From Albugo candida (Eukaryota): a stretch of 63,973 nucleotides of DNA. This document shows positions 49,092-62,772 of this stretch, piece after piece. A program made the translations under genes and the position numbers. The notes below the pieces were generated by a model. It saw only the letters and a program-made list of their open reading frames with translations. It was not told where the DNA came from and ran no database searches. The stretch is taken from NCBI GenBank assembly GCA_040437565.1, contig JBDOQK010000023.1, positions 186,028 to 250,000 of the forward strand, read 5' to 3'. The number at the start of each line of letters is the position of its first letter. Position 1 is the stretch's first letter.

Positions 49092-52000
49092 GTACTGTTC
49101 TCCGTCCATCACTACAAGCACATCACATCAAAAAAGACTCAATCTCTACTATTCTGCATCTTTCATCGCGGGGTGGCCATCGCTATAGAAACCGTTGACG
49201 ACATCAGAATATGTTAAATACTAGCAATTTAGGCTACAGAGAGCTCATTACTAGCATCTCCAAGTTGGTGGGGGAAAAAGCTCTAATCAATGCAAACACG
49301 TAATGTCCGCTTTACACAGCATAACGCCAAATTAAATGTCACTTTTAAACGGATGCAGGTATGTGTGAATGTGTGGGAACTTCATCGACATCGCGGGCAT
49401 TGATCGGAATTCCACAACTGTACCCAAAATTTATAAGCTTCACGACTTGAAACAAATTGCGGTGGCGTGTGGAGAGTTCTTTACTACAGTGCATTGAATT
49501 AGCATGTCTGAGGTTCGCAATGTTTCAATTTGTATATCGCGTCATATTTGTCGCAATGGTGTCACAACGAACTTGATTTGGAGCGAGGATGTGGGCTTGA
49601 AATGTACAGCCCCATTTAGACGTACCACAAAATAGTAATGGCTTCTACTTTGCATGCATTATTGCTCGCTGGAACAAAATGAGCATTACGTTTTCATTGT
49701 TCCTCTTTTCAGTTTTCTACTAATGATGCAGACCTGCTTCTACTACCAGATGGATGTTATATAATCATACGAGCTGACAGCCTTTAATCGGGTGCTTCAA
49801 GACTGCAGACAATGTGTGATGCTCACTCTTACAAATCTTCAAAATCTTCGTAAATGATAGCCAACACACTTTTATATTATCATAATCTCAATGCGCTACA
49901 GCGAGTTATTATCATCAGAAGCAAGTGAACGAGCGACAGCTCCGCATGATTGTATGAACCTGAAGATATGTGTCAAATGTTTCGTGGAGTACGTCGACAT
50001 TTAATAGATAGGCTCTCATCTGTGATAATTGTCTTGGTGCACCTTTAACTCTGTAAGTTTGTGGTATTTGTGTATCTTGTCCACTTCTTGAGCACTGTCA
50101 CATCTACCATTTGGTTTAGCATGTATCTGGTCCAAACGTACTGTAGCCTGATCACATCGTGCAGCTCCATAACCTCGTATACTTGTCGACGCTCCAGATC
50201 CAATGTGTCGCGGATGCGAGTACTGCAGTTTTTCCAAGTACATAGATGCTCTACCAAATGTAAGATGCGGCAGAGTAAAGTGAAAATGCTCAACAGGTGT
50301 ACAAGTAACACGAACTTATTATGTGGAGGAAGCTCGGAACACCTACCAGAATTGTATTGATCGAACTTGCATAATTTTTGTAGTGAATACGTGAAATGAC
50401 CAGAAACTAAGGCTTTTTGCGTGTAGAGTTGATAGACATGGAAATTGATTGCTTACGAATGCATGCTCGTTACTTATGATACGGGGATCAATAGAAGAGC
50501 ATACTGGGTTTGCAGAGCAGTTCGTAACTCATACGAGATACATTCGTACATGCATAAAATTAAATCAGAGCGCATGTTCATTTGTCAATGATGAGTGCTC
50601 GTGAAATAAGCTCTCGACGCCGGTTGTAGTAGCAACGCCGAGTTTTAGTATCGATCCTCATTCTCTTTTTGCTACGTTGCTGATGAGACAAAACACATAT
50701 ATGGGATACTGTGTCACATACGCCAAGCTTTGGCTGGTATCACCTTTCAATCTGTTGCATCTGGTCTCTACCTGTATGAAGATCAAACAATAATCAGCTA
50801 CAATTTTTTGTGTGCCCTGCATTTGAAGTAAGACTCTCCATAAGGAGAATTCGAAGGATTGGGATTCCAAAGTGACAACGATCTAGACCACTTGTCATTG
50901 CAAAGATAAGAGAAGTATCCTCTTTTGGTGCATGCGGAGAATCTCGGTTCCGCAACTTACTTATCTTATCCTATCAAACAGCTTCTCATAAAGTCTTATT
51001 ACTGACGCCTTTTCACACCTTTGTTTTCCGGTACGCTATCAAACTCTCTTTGAAGATGCCACAAACGCTCATTCTCGACGAAAAGCTAACAAGAAGTTTG
51101 AATGAAGCATGATATGGATTCAATTTGGCGATAGAACAAAGGTGATATGGTGACAGTTCCTACATGTCACTGAGTCTAAATGTATACAGCTTTGAACGAT
51201 TGGGTAAAGCTATAGCGAAGACATGCATATCAACAGATCCACGCTATTCAGAGACATGTGTGAGGTTATCTAGTAATTGTTGCTGAGCCTGGTCAGCACT
51301 TGAAGGCCTCGTTAAAGTTGAGCGATTCAAGTCCAAAAAGTCGTTCTTTTTCTGATTAGTAAAATGTCCTGATCCAGGCACTATTTCCCCATCATGATGA
51401 GGCCATTCGTATTGCCTTGATTACAAAATTTATCATCTGTTGCGATGCTTTACACTTGGGCTGATGGTTCCAAACTGCAATGAGAATTTTCGGGATTACT
51501 TAAATTGTTTAGAGACCGTACACTTGACTTGATAATGTTCTCTAGGTGTCTTTCACCATTCGGGATGTTGTTTTTGACTAAAGCTGCTAAAGCTGCAATC
51601 TACTTTCCATTCTTAAAAGGTCTTTATCCTAATCGGATTTGTAAGAGCAGACCATCATCTCAATACTTTGCCACTCGTGGTTTTCAAATACATGAATTGT
51701 GTAGTGTCACTTCTGTTTTGTCATAATATGGAAATAATTGGTAGTGATTTTGTGAGGAAAAGGTCACATTATCACGGTTCAGGTCGGCTGCAACGACACA
51801 ATCACTCTTCCGTATTTAGATGTAGCTGACATTGATAGTACTGTGTGAGCTTTCAAAGAGGGAAAAAGTGTGACAATTATCGAAGCTAGAATAAAAAACC
51901 CTCGGGCATGGTTGCCTGAAGCACTTCGGGAATGAGATGTTCTTCGTAGGGAAGGATGGAGCTTGCGATGCGTCATGAATAAAAAAGTTGAATCTCTTGG

Positions 52001-55000
52001 CCAGATAACATCGCCTCGTCTAAACGGTTGACTATTACGCGTTCATTATGAGCAGTTGATCAATGGTTATGCTTTAAGAAATTCAATAAGAGTAGAGTTG
52101 CACTTTGCTACCTTCAATAGACTTACCCGAATTTTTTTCCGACGGGAATGTTTCGTAGAAATAGAACAAACTTGTATGTAGCTTAGAATTATATCATGGT
52201 GATCCCTTGTGCTAAGTTAATATAATCAATTGGGAATACTTCACAGCCTTTAAAGTTATTTTTACATTAGTCTAAACATTGTTAAATGAACGATAAGCCT
52301 AATATCACTTGTTGATTTATTAGTTTTTTTCAATAGTTGCAAACTCGCTTGAATAATGACAAGACTTACTTATCATTACAATTCATACTGATGCTTCCTG
52401 CCAGAGCTATGGATGTACAAGATAATTTAGACTATCATCATGCCACAACGATTGATCTGGAAACAAGATGTCAGCACAACAGCATCTGGACGTGTACTTC
52501 TCCCTATCGCCTCCTTCGGAGAGGAAGCTTCACCACTAAACGAAAAGTTACTGAACATCCCTCGCTTAAATGGCAGACCAGCGGAGTTCTAGAAGTCTCG
52601 CCTGTCCGTAACTACGATTTATTGAATCTCGGGAGATGTTTTGCTTCTATGGCAACCATGCTAAAAAAGAAGGCACCTTGTGCATTCCTCACATCCAATG
52701 AGATTTTTTTGCTCATTGGAACAAGCATTTGCTCTTTGACTCTTTTCCACAGGAAAGCGAGTGTATGTTTTGTTCATAAGGATCACCTCGTAAATGCTGC
52801 CAGACGAAGGTCAGCGGTCGGAAAATCTCGAATTATATTCATATGACGCAATGAGTGAATTATCCGACCAAAAAACAGGCCTCCAGCCAGAAGCATTGAT
52901 TGTTTGGCCTCACCAAATAAAACGGCATGGGTAAGCCTCTTTATACGAGGAAGAGTCAGAGTTGACGCTGATTGACGAGTAGACCAAAGATCTCAAAGAT
53001 TGACAATGAATGTTGTTTAAAGAGTTATGTTTTCCATTTGGATAAAGGCCAGTTTTTAGATTGTTAATAGTCAGATTAAAAAAAATATTTGATAGTCGGT
53101 CCAAGTTCATCTAAGCTGATCATTTGCAATGCTTGAAGGGCATAAACATATTTTTTCTCGTTCGTACCGATAGGCAGCAGAAGTTACATACCGGCTGAAT
53201 AGAGTCGATAGTTTGTGTGCATTTTACATTCAAGAAGTTCATATCGAGTCAATCAGATACAAATCAGGGCCAAAATTTTTTTTAAAGGAAGCAGACATTG
53301 AAGTGAAAAGCAATGGAGCATTTTTTGCCAGTTTTGCATCCAACTGATGAGCAACGTTCTTGTATGTCGCATTGTTACATAAGCTTATCCATTCATCAAA
53401 TCCCTTTTGGGAAAATTTAGTCATCTTGAAGCTTCCTTCCGTAGACACTGCTTATGATCCGAGAAATTGAAACGTGTATTCGGCCGTGATTTTCATTTGG
53501 AAATAAGATCTATCCAGGCGAATGTGTTATTAGTTCCCGGATCACTTTGCCTACACTCCTAGATTGTGCGTGCTGATTGATGAATTATAGTGTGAGTGCT
53601 AGTATCAACCATCACTCAAGGATTCCAAAATTCAGCTGAAACTGAGCCGTTGTCTTGGAGTATGTCCATCAGCTGGTGAAACAGCTCATGATTTTCCGGG
53701 AAGCGCGTGGTATTTTGTACAGAGTGATATGGCTTGTGAATATGTGAAATAACTATGCTTAAAATATCGGTGAGTAGCTTTGTACTAAAAAGCTTCGGTT
53801 CCTTGCGATGCGGCTACTTGTCAATTAAACATAGGAGTCGCTGCTGTACAAGCCAAATCGTCTTATGTTCCAATCTTTGAATCAAAAGATTTGGATTTGG
53901 AGCAAATGTTCTATCACTATCTGTAGCTGATGCTTAGCAATACACCGCGTCAACCTTACCACATTACAGGTGTTTCTCATTACAAAGCCAAAGATGTAGT
54001 TAATGTCAGCTTCTGCATGGCATGCACATGCATACGCACTCAAAAGTGCTGACTACGGCCGTATTGGAATACGATCAAAATGGTAGACACTGGCGATAAC
54101 AATGTCTCACTCAAAGTGATCATTGCATTGAATCTTGTTAGAAGTGCTTTCCAGTCGACCCAATGCTTTCACAAAAACGGAGTAGACCTTCTGCCCAACT
54201 CGTACACGGCTCAAGCCAATCCCTCGTATCAAAGTTACCCCGGGGTTTGACGTTTTGCATGTTTTTTAGGATATCAGTGTTAGGCGCAGTACAAAAGTAG
54301 GCAAACTTTATGCGCAAGGAAGAGAGTTGAGGAACTAATTTTACATGTATGCGAGCAGAACACTAATACATCGACCGTTCTCGCAGTAAGGATTCCTGGT
54401 CTTAATGTTGCAATCGATATGACGAATACGTTTATAAGTACTTTCAGGTTGCCACAAAGAAACGCGATTGGCATATGGCTTCCTGGGTCGTTGTTGGTCT
54501 TTTCAGTAAAGATGCTTACCGAGTGGCGCTGTGATGAAATAAATACCTTTCCTCGGCAGGCGGTTTCCTATTTGCGTCAAAAAGTGCAGCTAGTTGCCCA
54601 TCCATGTCTGGAGATGGACTTCTCCACGTGTGCTTTCTACAAAAATAGATCAAGTTCGGACCCAAGCAGAGGATCTCTCTACACGCTTCACGTGATGATC
54701 GAACTTACATCTTCGTCGCATCAATAATTATTATTTTTTAGCCGAACTCCTTGCCGTGACTTCTTCGTGTCGTAGGATATTGATTGTTGCATAATATGCT
54801 GACTCAACATCAGATTGGCTATGTAGTGGAAGCTTTCTTTGAGGTGCTTAAATCTAGTCGTCTACCAACTTCTATCTGATCGTTGCAGACCGGATGATGA
54901 TGACAGCTTATCGATCGAATATGCCACCCTCCCAGAAATTATGAATCTTCGAAGGCGTCCGTTATTGTTTCGCATCAAGCCGCTTCAACTTTGATTGCTT

Positions 55001-55656
55001 CGACTTGTTGAACGTCATGTATTCCAACTGGAACACAGTAAATCTTACGATGATGTGCGCTTACTTTCAAATTAACACCTCTAAAAAACTGGCGATAGCA
55101 TGAGGTCAATAACTTATCCTCAACTAATTGGGTAAAACATTCATCAAAACATACCATTTTGCCTACAAACAAATAAGTCTTCTATCTCCATCTCGTTGTT
55201 CCCATCTTAGCACAACAGCTAATCTTCCTCTTGCACTGCCTTCATTCTTTGGTAAAGGGTTCAATTCGCGGGGGAAGAGATCTTGGTCTATTTTATGCAG
55301 TTTGCGATGGCGTGAGGAAAGCTAACATTGCCGCTTAACAGCTCTCAAGCAATTCAGCGAGTTTTGGTGCAAGTTGCCTAGTTGCTTTGTATAAAATGAA
55401 TAGCGTGTTTTCCCTTTCCATTTTTCGTGCAATATCAAAACGTGTTAATATCACAGAAAATGGTCTTTTGATACGTCATCCAGACCTATAGTACTGGATT
55501 ATCGCGAAATTGATTAAAGAAGCAAGCTATGCCATTTCCATTGCAATGGGAGAACGTACCTGGGACAATAAAGACGAATACAATTTTAGTACATGACAAA
55601 CGGAGCAATCACCACACAAAGCTTGTAGTGGCACCAGCAAGAAGAAATATTGAAAA

Positions 55657-56715
55657 TTGGCTTTAGTAAAACAGAGAGCTGTCACTCTGGCGCCCATTAA
55701 ACTCTGTACTAGAAGTCATAATCGAGCTGGAATTGAGGCACACATGAGAAAGAGCTATATGCCACATATATCGCCCATCGAAATGGAACGGACCCTTACT
55801 CTGAGCCCCTACTTGCTGGGTGTAAAAGGAATAGAAGCGTTGCACTTCCATCATCTCTGCTCATTTATCAGCCTTGTTATCTCCGTTCTATTTTAGTTAA
55901 TGACCAAAAGTAAACTGGCAGCGTTTGTATGCACAACTCTACTGACCTGAGGCCAATCTGCGATGCTCAGCTTTTTCAAAGCATCAGATGCTGCCAAAAG
56001 TAAAGCCCATACAATTGTATAGACTTATGATTTCCAATAGAAGACCAATACCCAGTGATAGATAAACATCGCTGCAGTCAAATGCTTTCTGATTGCATTT
56101 ATTTGAATGAAGTTACAAAGCGCAAGTCGCTCATCTTTTTGCCAATGTCACGCAGAGTACGTCAACTTCGAACTCGATTGCCCGAATGCATCCCGGCTTT
56201 AGTAAATTTCGTATAACAGCACCACATAGTTTTGCGAGCGAGACGTTATGTTATCTGATGCATAGTCATTTGCATTCGTATACTTCTCCTTCCTTATTGT
56301 GTCCATCTCTTTGTCTACAAGACAATTCAGTGGAAACAGCACCTTTTCGACACGTGATGCTCTTATTGGAAGCAGCGTTGCGTCCATTGACGATGACCTT
56401 TGCACGTCCGACATCTAACGATGCAACACTTACATCGAATTCCCGCATGATGTTCCTGCTACTGAATCCATATGGCGAACGACCAAAATACCTCAGGAGC
56501 ACCATTTAGATGAGGAGATTGTAGTGGATGCAGAGTTCGAACAAGAGACTGAATTGAGCAGCGGACAAACTGACGCTTCTGAATTCGACTCCAATATCGT
56601 AATGCAGATAAAATCATCACTAATGTATCTTCTTTCTTTTGAAAACCACCAACACAAGTACACGCAAATGATGCTCGAATCATATGAAGGTATCTGCAAA
56701 ATTTTGTGGAGGTAA
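55657..56715 (+). CDS. Possible intron-rich hypothetical gene
   Basis: Coding-like fragments 55657-55896, 56186-56509 and 56524-56715; structure unresolved. Confidence 0.3.
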
Positions 56716-57482
56716 TCATTCGTGGAACATATGCCTCTGGAGAAACTGCCACTTATGATAGAAATACTGTATCTCCATTTGATTCTGCAATATCATTTGT
56801 TCCTTTCGCGCGATCGTATCCACCAAATCTTCCATTTCCTTTTTATTCTTTCCCACAGCTATACAACTTGCGTTATCTTCCGATTTGGCAGGGGAATCGG
56901 GCAGGAATTTCACCGCAATGGCGCGTTTGGATGCTAACAAGCGACGTGCAATGGGACCCGCATCATCCGAATTGTTACCGTCCTCAGTACGAGATGGCAC
57001 TGATGCTTTGATTTTCGTTTCTGAGCGACTTTATCGACAGATTTTGCATCCGCTAAACGCTGTTTCGAGCGCTTCTCTTTATGCTGATCGACATGGCATT
57101 CTACAGGTCTGACGCCACTGCGGTCACGGGGCACTTTTACTGACGAACCATTAGTTGGTCTTGAGTGCTGTTTTGGCCGCGACGAATGCTGACCATGTTT
57201 CGTTTCTCGCTTCCAATGTCTTTTTTCCGGTTGAGTACCTTTTGCTTTCTCAGGCGCTCGGACAAGCGGTACTCCATGCTTTCTGACATTATCGTCTCCA
57301 ATTGCTTGAGTTGTTGTCGACGCAGGTCGTGTAATCGGTGGAATGCTCGCTGCACTTTGAGTTCGATGCGGCGCAGACAAATGACTCGTTTCTCGTGCAT
57401 TTATTTTTTGCATTTGCTTCCCTTGATCTGCACGTTTGGCCATGTGTGTGCGCCAAAGTGACGTATCTCCGACAGACGACAT
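56716..57482 (-). CDS. Possible multi-exon coiled-coil hypothetical gene
   Basis: Charged helical fragments 57137-57400 and 56716-57000; 5' extent unresolved. Confidence 0.35.
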
Positions 57483-57999
57483 ATTTACGATTCGTACGAG
57501 TTGAAAACACGCCTCACAAAAGCGCTGTTTGTCTATTGATAGAGAAGAAAGAATTCGAACTCTTCTTCGAAAATGCGACCCACATATCGAAATTCCACAC
57601 TTTCGACAGTGATGTCGGATTCGAAATGGAGAGAAATGACCATTTCAAACGGCACATTTATTAGCAAGCTGCCAGGGTTGTTGTGGAATGTAAGTTTTAT
57701 CGGACTTGCTGTAGTGAATGCGATGTGTGGAGGCACTCGGCATGATGCATGGAACCTGGCAATTTAGATGCGATATTGTGAAATTGCGATATTGCAACAG
57801 CTGATCGAGTGCACTGTGACAAGTGGATGACACGATGACAGCTCATATTCATTTGAACTTTACTGCCAACTGAATGTGAAAAATGCTATTTTCGCTCCTT
57901 TACATTGCAAAGTATTAAATTAAACAATACACGCTTTGTATTGATTTCAGGTGTTATTGCACATTGAGTGCAGCACGCAATTTCCAGCATGCATTCATT

Positions 58000-60900
58000 A
58001 TTTGCGTCTGGATAAAAACAATTCGCTCAAACAACGCAGCAAGCTCGCAGATTGTGAGGGAAAAACTGTCGGGATGTCTCAATTGAATTCCAAATGTTTC
58101 CTCCAGTTCCTAAATAAAGTGTAAGCGCAAAGAGTACAATCATCTTCTGAGTCCGTGAACCGGTAGATGAGTCCACAACGCAAGCAAATCGTTTCCGAGA
58201 GAATTCAAGCTGCAGCTGAGATGTATGCCAAGCTCTGATGCTTCCGTTTCGGAGAGCTCGATACGCTCTTTATTTCAGAAGAAAGGCTCGAGTCTGCAAT
58301 GCAACCAGACGAGAACATTTGGAAGAGTGCTGCCGGTGTACGTACGCCCGGAAGATATGCGGCATTATCGCTTCGACGTATACTGTGGTGATTCTTTTTT
58401 TCTCGCTTCCAACTGCTGTCTCATTTTGAAATCTCAGTGCCACCAAATTGCCTGTAAAGCTCCTTAAAGTGAGTGTATGTGTAAAACTGAGCTCGTGGTG
58501 AAAATCCTATCCGAAGCTTTCCAAGCAACCGGTAAGAATGAATTCAGTCAGTTTATAGCTCTTTGCTCTGATCTGGGGAGGCTTTATATGCACTCCGCAG
58601 TCTTTTCAAATTCGATCGACCTCTGTGAACCAATCTCTCTCAGACGAAGCCTCTTTTCGTTGTGTTCCATCAGTTGTACTCACTACTTTACTTGCCGCTA
58701 CCAGATGGAGACATCCATTCTGAACAAGTGTGCATCTCACAGGCATCCATACACGGACCAAGACTTGGAGTGAATAATAACGAGGAATCGATCATGACGA
58801 TCCCATAATCATAAGACATTTGATCCAGACTAATCTCGATGATCTGTTCGGCATCGTTATGCCACCATGGGAATGATTAGCACGGGATTGCGTTGGTATG
58901 AGAGCAAACGCGAATTTCGATATGCCTATTGAAGAAAAGTGACCAAGAGATAGATACGGGAATACAATCATTTGAGCCTACCAAAAGGTCGTGTCTTCAA
59001 GATTCTGAGCAAAAGCCACCACTTCGGAGCACGTTTGAATCCGAATACGGACAACATACGTATCCGCATCGCGATAAGATCCAGTTTTGATGCGTCCGAT
59101 TTCCGACTTGCATTTCATTGCATGTTCTACACGTAAGAATTGACAGCAGCTCTACCAGTTGAGCATCGCCCACCGTCAACCGGAAAGGGTCGGCCGCATA
59201 TACAAAGATATCTTGAGATTTTTGAAAAATCATCCATAGTAAGAGAGCTTTCTCGTGAGCCTGATACCCTCTCTGCGACAGAATCAATACTTTCTATATG
59301 CGGCGTGGCCTGTGAGAGTATATCTTTTCCTGATCACGGACATTGGTCTTAGCTAGGCTATGACGTGAGCCTTGATAGACACAACGAGTTTGCTATATTC
59401 AATTTTTGAATACGATTGTATCATCCCTGGAGAGTAGAGTAGAGAGAGAACTCGTTCGTCTTCATTCACCGTGATGGAAAATTGCTCTGTNNNNNNNNNN
59501 NNNNNNNNNNNNNNNNNNNNNNNNNNNNNNNNNNNNNNNNNNNNNNNNNNNNNNNNNNNNNNNNNNNNNNNNNNNNNNNNNNNNNNNNNNTCTACCAGTT
59601 GAGCATCGCCCACCGTCAACCGGAAAGGGTCGGTCGCATATACAAAGATATCTTGAGATTTCTGAAAAAATCATCAATAGTAAGAGAGCTTTCTCGTGAG
59701 CCTGATACCCTCTTCGCGACAAAATCAATACTTTCTATATGCGGCGTGACCTGTGAGAGTATATCTTTTCCTGATCACGAACATTGGTCTTAGCTAGGCT
59801 ATGACGTGAGCCTTGATAGACGCAACGAGTTTCCTATATTCAATTTTCGAATACGATTGTATCATCCCTGGAGAGTAGAGTAGAGAGAGAACTCCTTCGT
59901 CGTCATTCACCGGGATGGAAAATTGCTCTATGCCCTAGACCGTATTACCTCATAAGGTTTGCATGAGTATAAAGGCATTCACCTACCGATGAACCGGGCA
60001 AACGATGGAATGATTTCATTGTCGACATCCCATTTCCTTTTTCGAGATGCTGAACAAGATTACCGAGACATGCAACTTGTACGTGGTCTCTTACTAGGCA
60101 AATGATGCAATTGAAAGAGGTCATACGCCACCCTTGAAAAGAGACCTTGAAACAAAGCAAATTCGACACATTCGAAACAACCAGATTTTGTATCCCGTAT
60201 AAGATAAAAGTTGCCAGATCGACCGATAGCTAGTAGAGCTACAAAATGCATACTTCTGGGTCGTAAGGTGACTAGCGATACAATTACTTCCGGAAAAGTC
60301 CAGAAAACGCCAGACTGGAAAATTTTGCTATCGAGGTCTTGCTTGATGCTGACATAACGAAGACATCCTTCGTGATCTCCTTGAAGTACCACAAATGCAC
60401 TTTCCTTAGCCGAAAGAGTGAAAAATCTTTCAACCTCAAGTGGGATGAGGTCTCGAATCAGTGTTGCTTCTATCGTTTGACTGCAAAATTCTATCACGCG
60501 GGTTGCTCCAATTCCCTCCAAATCGTCAACTATCAACGTGTGGTGTTATGAGCGCACAGCACTGGGTAGCTGTATCGTGATCATCATGCTCGGCTCGACG
60601 TAGCCTGTACATACAGCTTGCAAAATATCTTTCTCAGAAGGAACGAGCAATAATTGCATGAGCCCAGCGTAAGTGAACAGATATTGTGACGAATAGGTTG
60701 AATCCGTAATAGAAGTGTTCTCAACCGAAATCCTAGTGCGTTTCATCAACCGCGACTGAGAGTCAGGTAGCAACGAGTTTTGTGAATCCAAATCAGGAAA
60801 ATACGATTGGAGTGATAATGGCTGTAAGCCTCTGAAGTACATTGGGAGACTCACCATCCACACTTGCCCATTGCTGTCTGCTAGAATTAACTTGTACGTA

Positions 60901-61440
60901 TCCAATGACAATGATTGAAGCTCCTTTACATCCACAATAAGGCATTTAGATCGGATGACACACTGAGATTTCGTGATGAAAATCTATTACAAGTTGCAAT
61001 ACATTACTATTGCGTACCATTACCACATTATTGAAAATGAAATGCATCAGATGTGGTGCCCTTTGTACTATCAACGCATTCACAGGGAGAGAAGCGAACT
61101 GGAATTTCGCGGACAGTAGTAGGAACAGTGGGTTGCATGNNNNNNNNNNNNNNNNNNNNNNNNNNNNNNNNNNNNNNNNNNNNNNNNNNNNNNNNNNNNN
61201 NNNNNNNNNNNNNNNNNNNNNNNNNNNNNNNNNNNNNNNGCTACGTACGCATTTGGAATTGAAAGGTACCGTATCGACTTGTAGCGAGTTGAGCACCATA
61301 TACGGGCAGTAGCGTCGACTAGTCTCTGTAAAATTCTAGTGATCGCAATCTTCCAGCCTTCTCTACACCTAAAAGCACTAAGCTTTTTCGAGGTTTCAAT
61401 GTTTTTTGTTACCTTTTAGGCAGGAAATGAGTTGCGTCAT
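58000..61440 (-). CDS. Multi-exon gene, possibly FAAP100-like (beta-propeller-type N-terminus); 3' boundary approximate
   Basis: ATG 61440 (MTQLISCLK then a GTAAC donor) lies downstream of an INR+FPR motif. Exons LILADSNGQVWMVSL and FVVLQGDHEGCLRYV..EVIVSLVTL..LLAIGRSGNF loosely parallel recalled FAAP100 segments. Interrupted by gaps 59491-59590 and 61140-61239. Confidence 0.4.
59151..59931. repeat. Diverged duplicate around gap 59491-59590 (59151-59490 vs 59591-59931)
   Basis: About 15 substitutions and one 1-nt indel over ~340 bp by manual alignment. Confidence 0.9.
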
Positions 61441-61512
61441 TCACATCTTGCGTTCAGATATGTAGAGAAGTGCAATAGTGCGAGCAAGAAGAAGAGATAA
61501 TGTAAATGATGT

Positions 61513-61528
61513 GCAAAAGTTGAAGTGA
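61513..61528 (-). promoter_or_regulatory. Oomycete INR+FPR core promoter element
   Basis: Minus strand TCACTTC-AA-CTTTTGC is an exact match to YCAYTYY-NN-MWTTTNC, about 75-90 nt upstream of ATG 61440. Confidence 0.6.
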
Positions 61529-61592
61529 TTGTATTGATTGACTACCATCCCTAGGCTGACTTCCAGGGCAGGTAGCAAGGTAGATTTAAATG

Positions 61593-62772
61593 CTAATTCT
61601 TTTTTCGTAAGAACGTAAACTTCATTTCTCCTGTGCTTGAATCACGCGATATTTCGGTAGGATACCGTCTGGCAAATACTGCGCCAATTGTCCAAAATTT
61701 GTCGTTTTCAGGTGCAGCGCGGACAGCAAAATAGCATGACTTCGGGAAGTCCCCAAGAATGTGATATGGTACGACATAGTCGTGTGGGGTTAAATCGAAA
61801 TAATTTGGATCGTCTCCCAATTTGAATTGTATGGTTGGGAGCTTCGCATTAGCAATACAATTGCACGGAAACTTGTTGAAGTCAATTATAGTGCAACTTG
61901 ACCTCAATAAATTTTCAAATTGTGTGATAGTAGGTTTATCTACCAAAATCACCGCGGAGCCATAATCAAAAAGCAAGGACTTAGTTGACCTGGGAAAAAT
62001 AGAATCTTCATGTATCAGAGTAATGCGTGCGGTTAAGCAATGGAGCTTCTTGACAGTAGATTCGGCAAACATGTGCTGATGTAATGGATGGCCATACATA
62101 CTCTCCTTATTTTTGTTCAAAATCGCATCATCTCGTGGTTCGAGTTCGAAGTACAATCTTGGATGAGGAAGTCCTGCCCAAGTAAATAGAAGCTTTTCAG
62201 GCAATCTATTAGGAAAATAATGACTTATTGCATCGAGAAATACACCATTACACATGAGCTGCTTCACAGGCACTAGGTCTTGATTTGATCTTTGTGCATT
62301 TTTGAATCGTAAGTGTTGAGCAGTATCAGACACGCTTGAATCAAGTTTTTTCGTCTTTGGCCAGAGGGAGAGCTCCAAATCGCCGTGGTCTTCAGTATTT
62401 TTGCTGGTCGATCCAAGCGATAAAGTCAAATCGATGTTAGTCGCACTTGCTTCGATGTTGTTGTTATTGTCCACACCAAACACGCTTTCTTCAATGAGTC
62501 CGTCCAATTTGATAACTAATTTTGGGCCCGAGTTTGACGTTGTCACGAAACGTACATTTTTCAATGAATCCACAACCAGCATGTAATATTGTCGTGCATA
62601 GTTAAGGTTGCATAGTGTTAGTACTTGCAGATGAAAGAGTTTCAATATATGACTCTTCATCGAGGACGAGTTCTTAAAAGTGTTATATACTAGCCCTGCA
62701 TCGAAAACTCCAAACCATTCACTATTTATGCGATATGTGCATAAGTGCACCTTTCCGTTTCCAAAAACTTCC
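61593..62772 (-). CDS. Last exon of a divergent pepsin-like (A1 aspartic protease fold) protein; upstream exons probably extend toward 63764
   Basis: LLFDYGSAVILV, LPTIQFKLG..FDLTPHDYVV, CYFAV and FWTIGAVFARRY match the pepsin C-lobe pattern. The frame opens after a CAGTAG acceptor near 62772. Confidence 0.65.
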
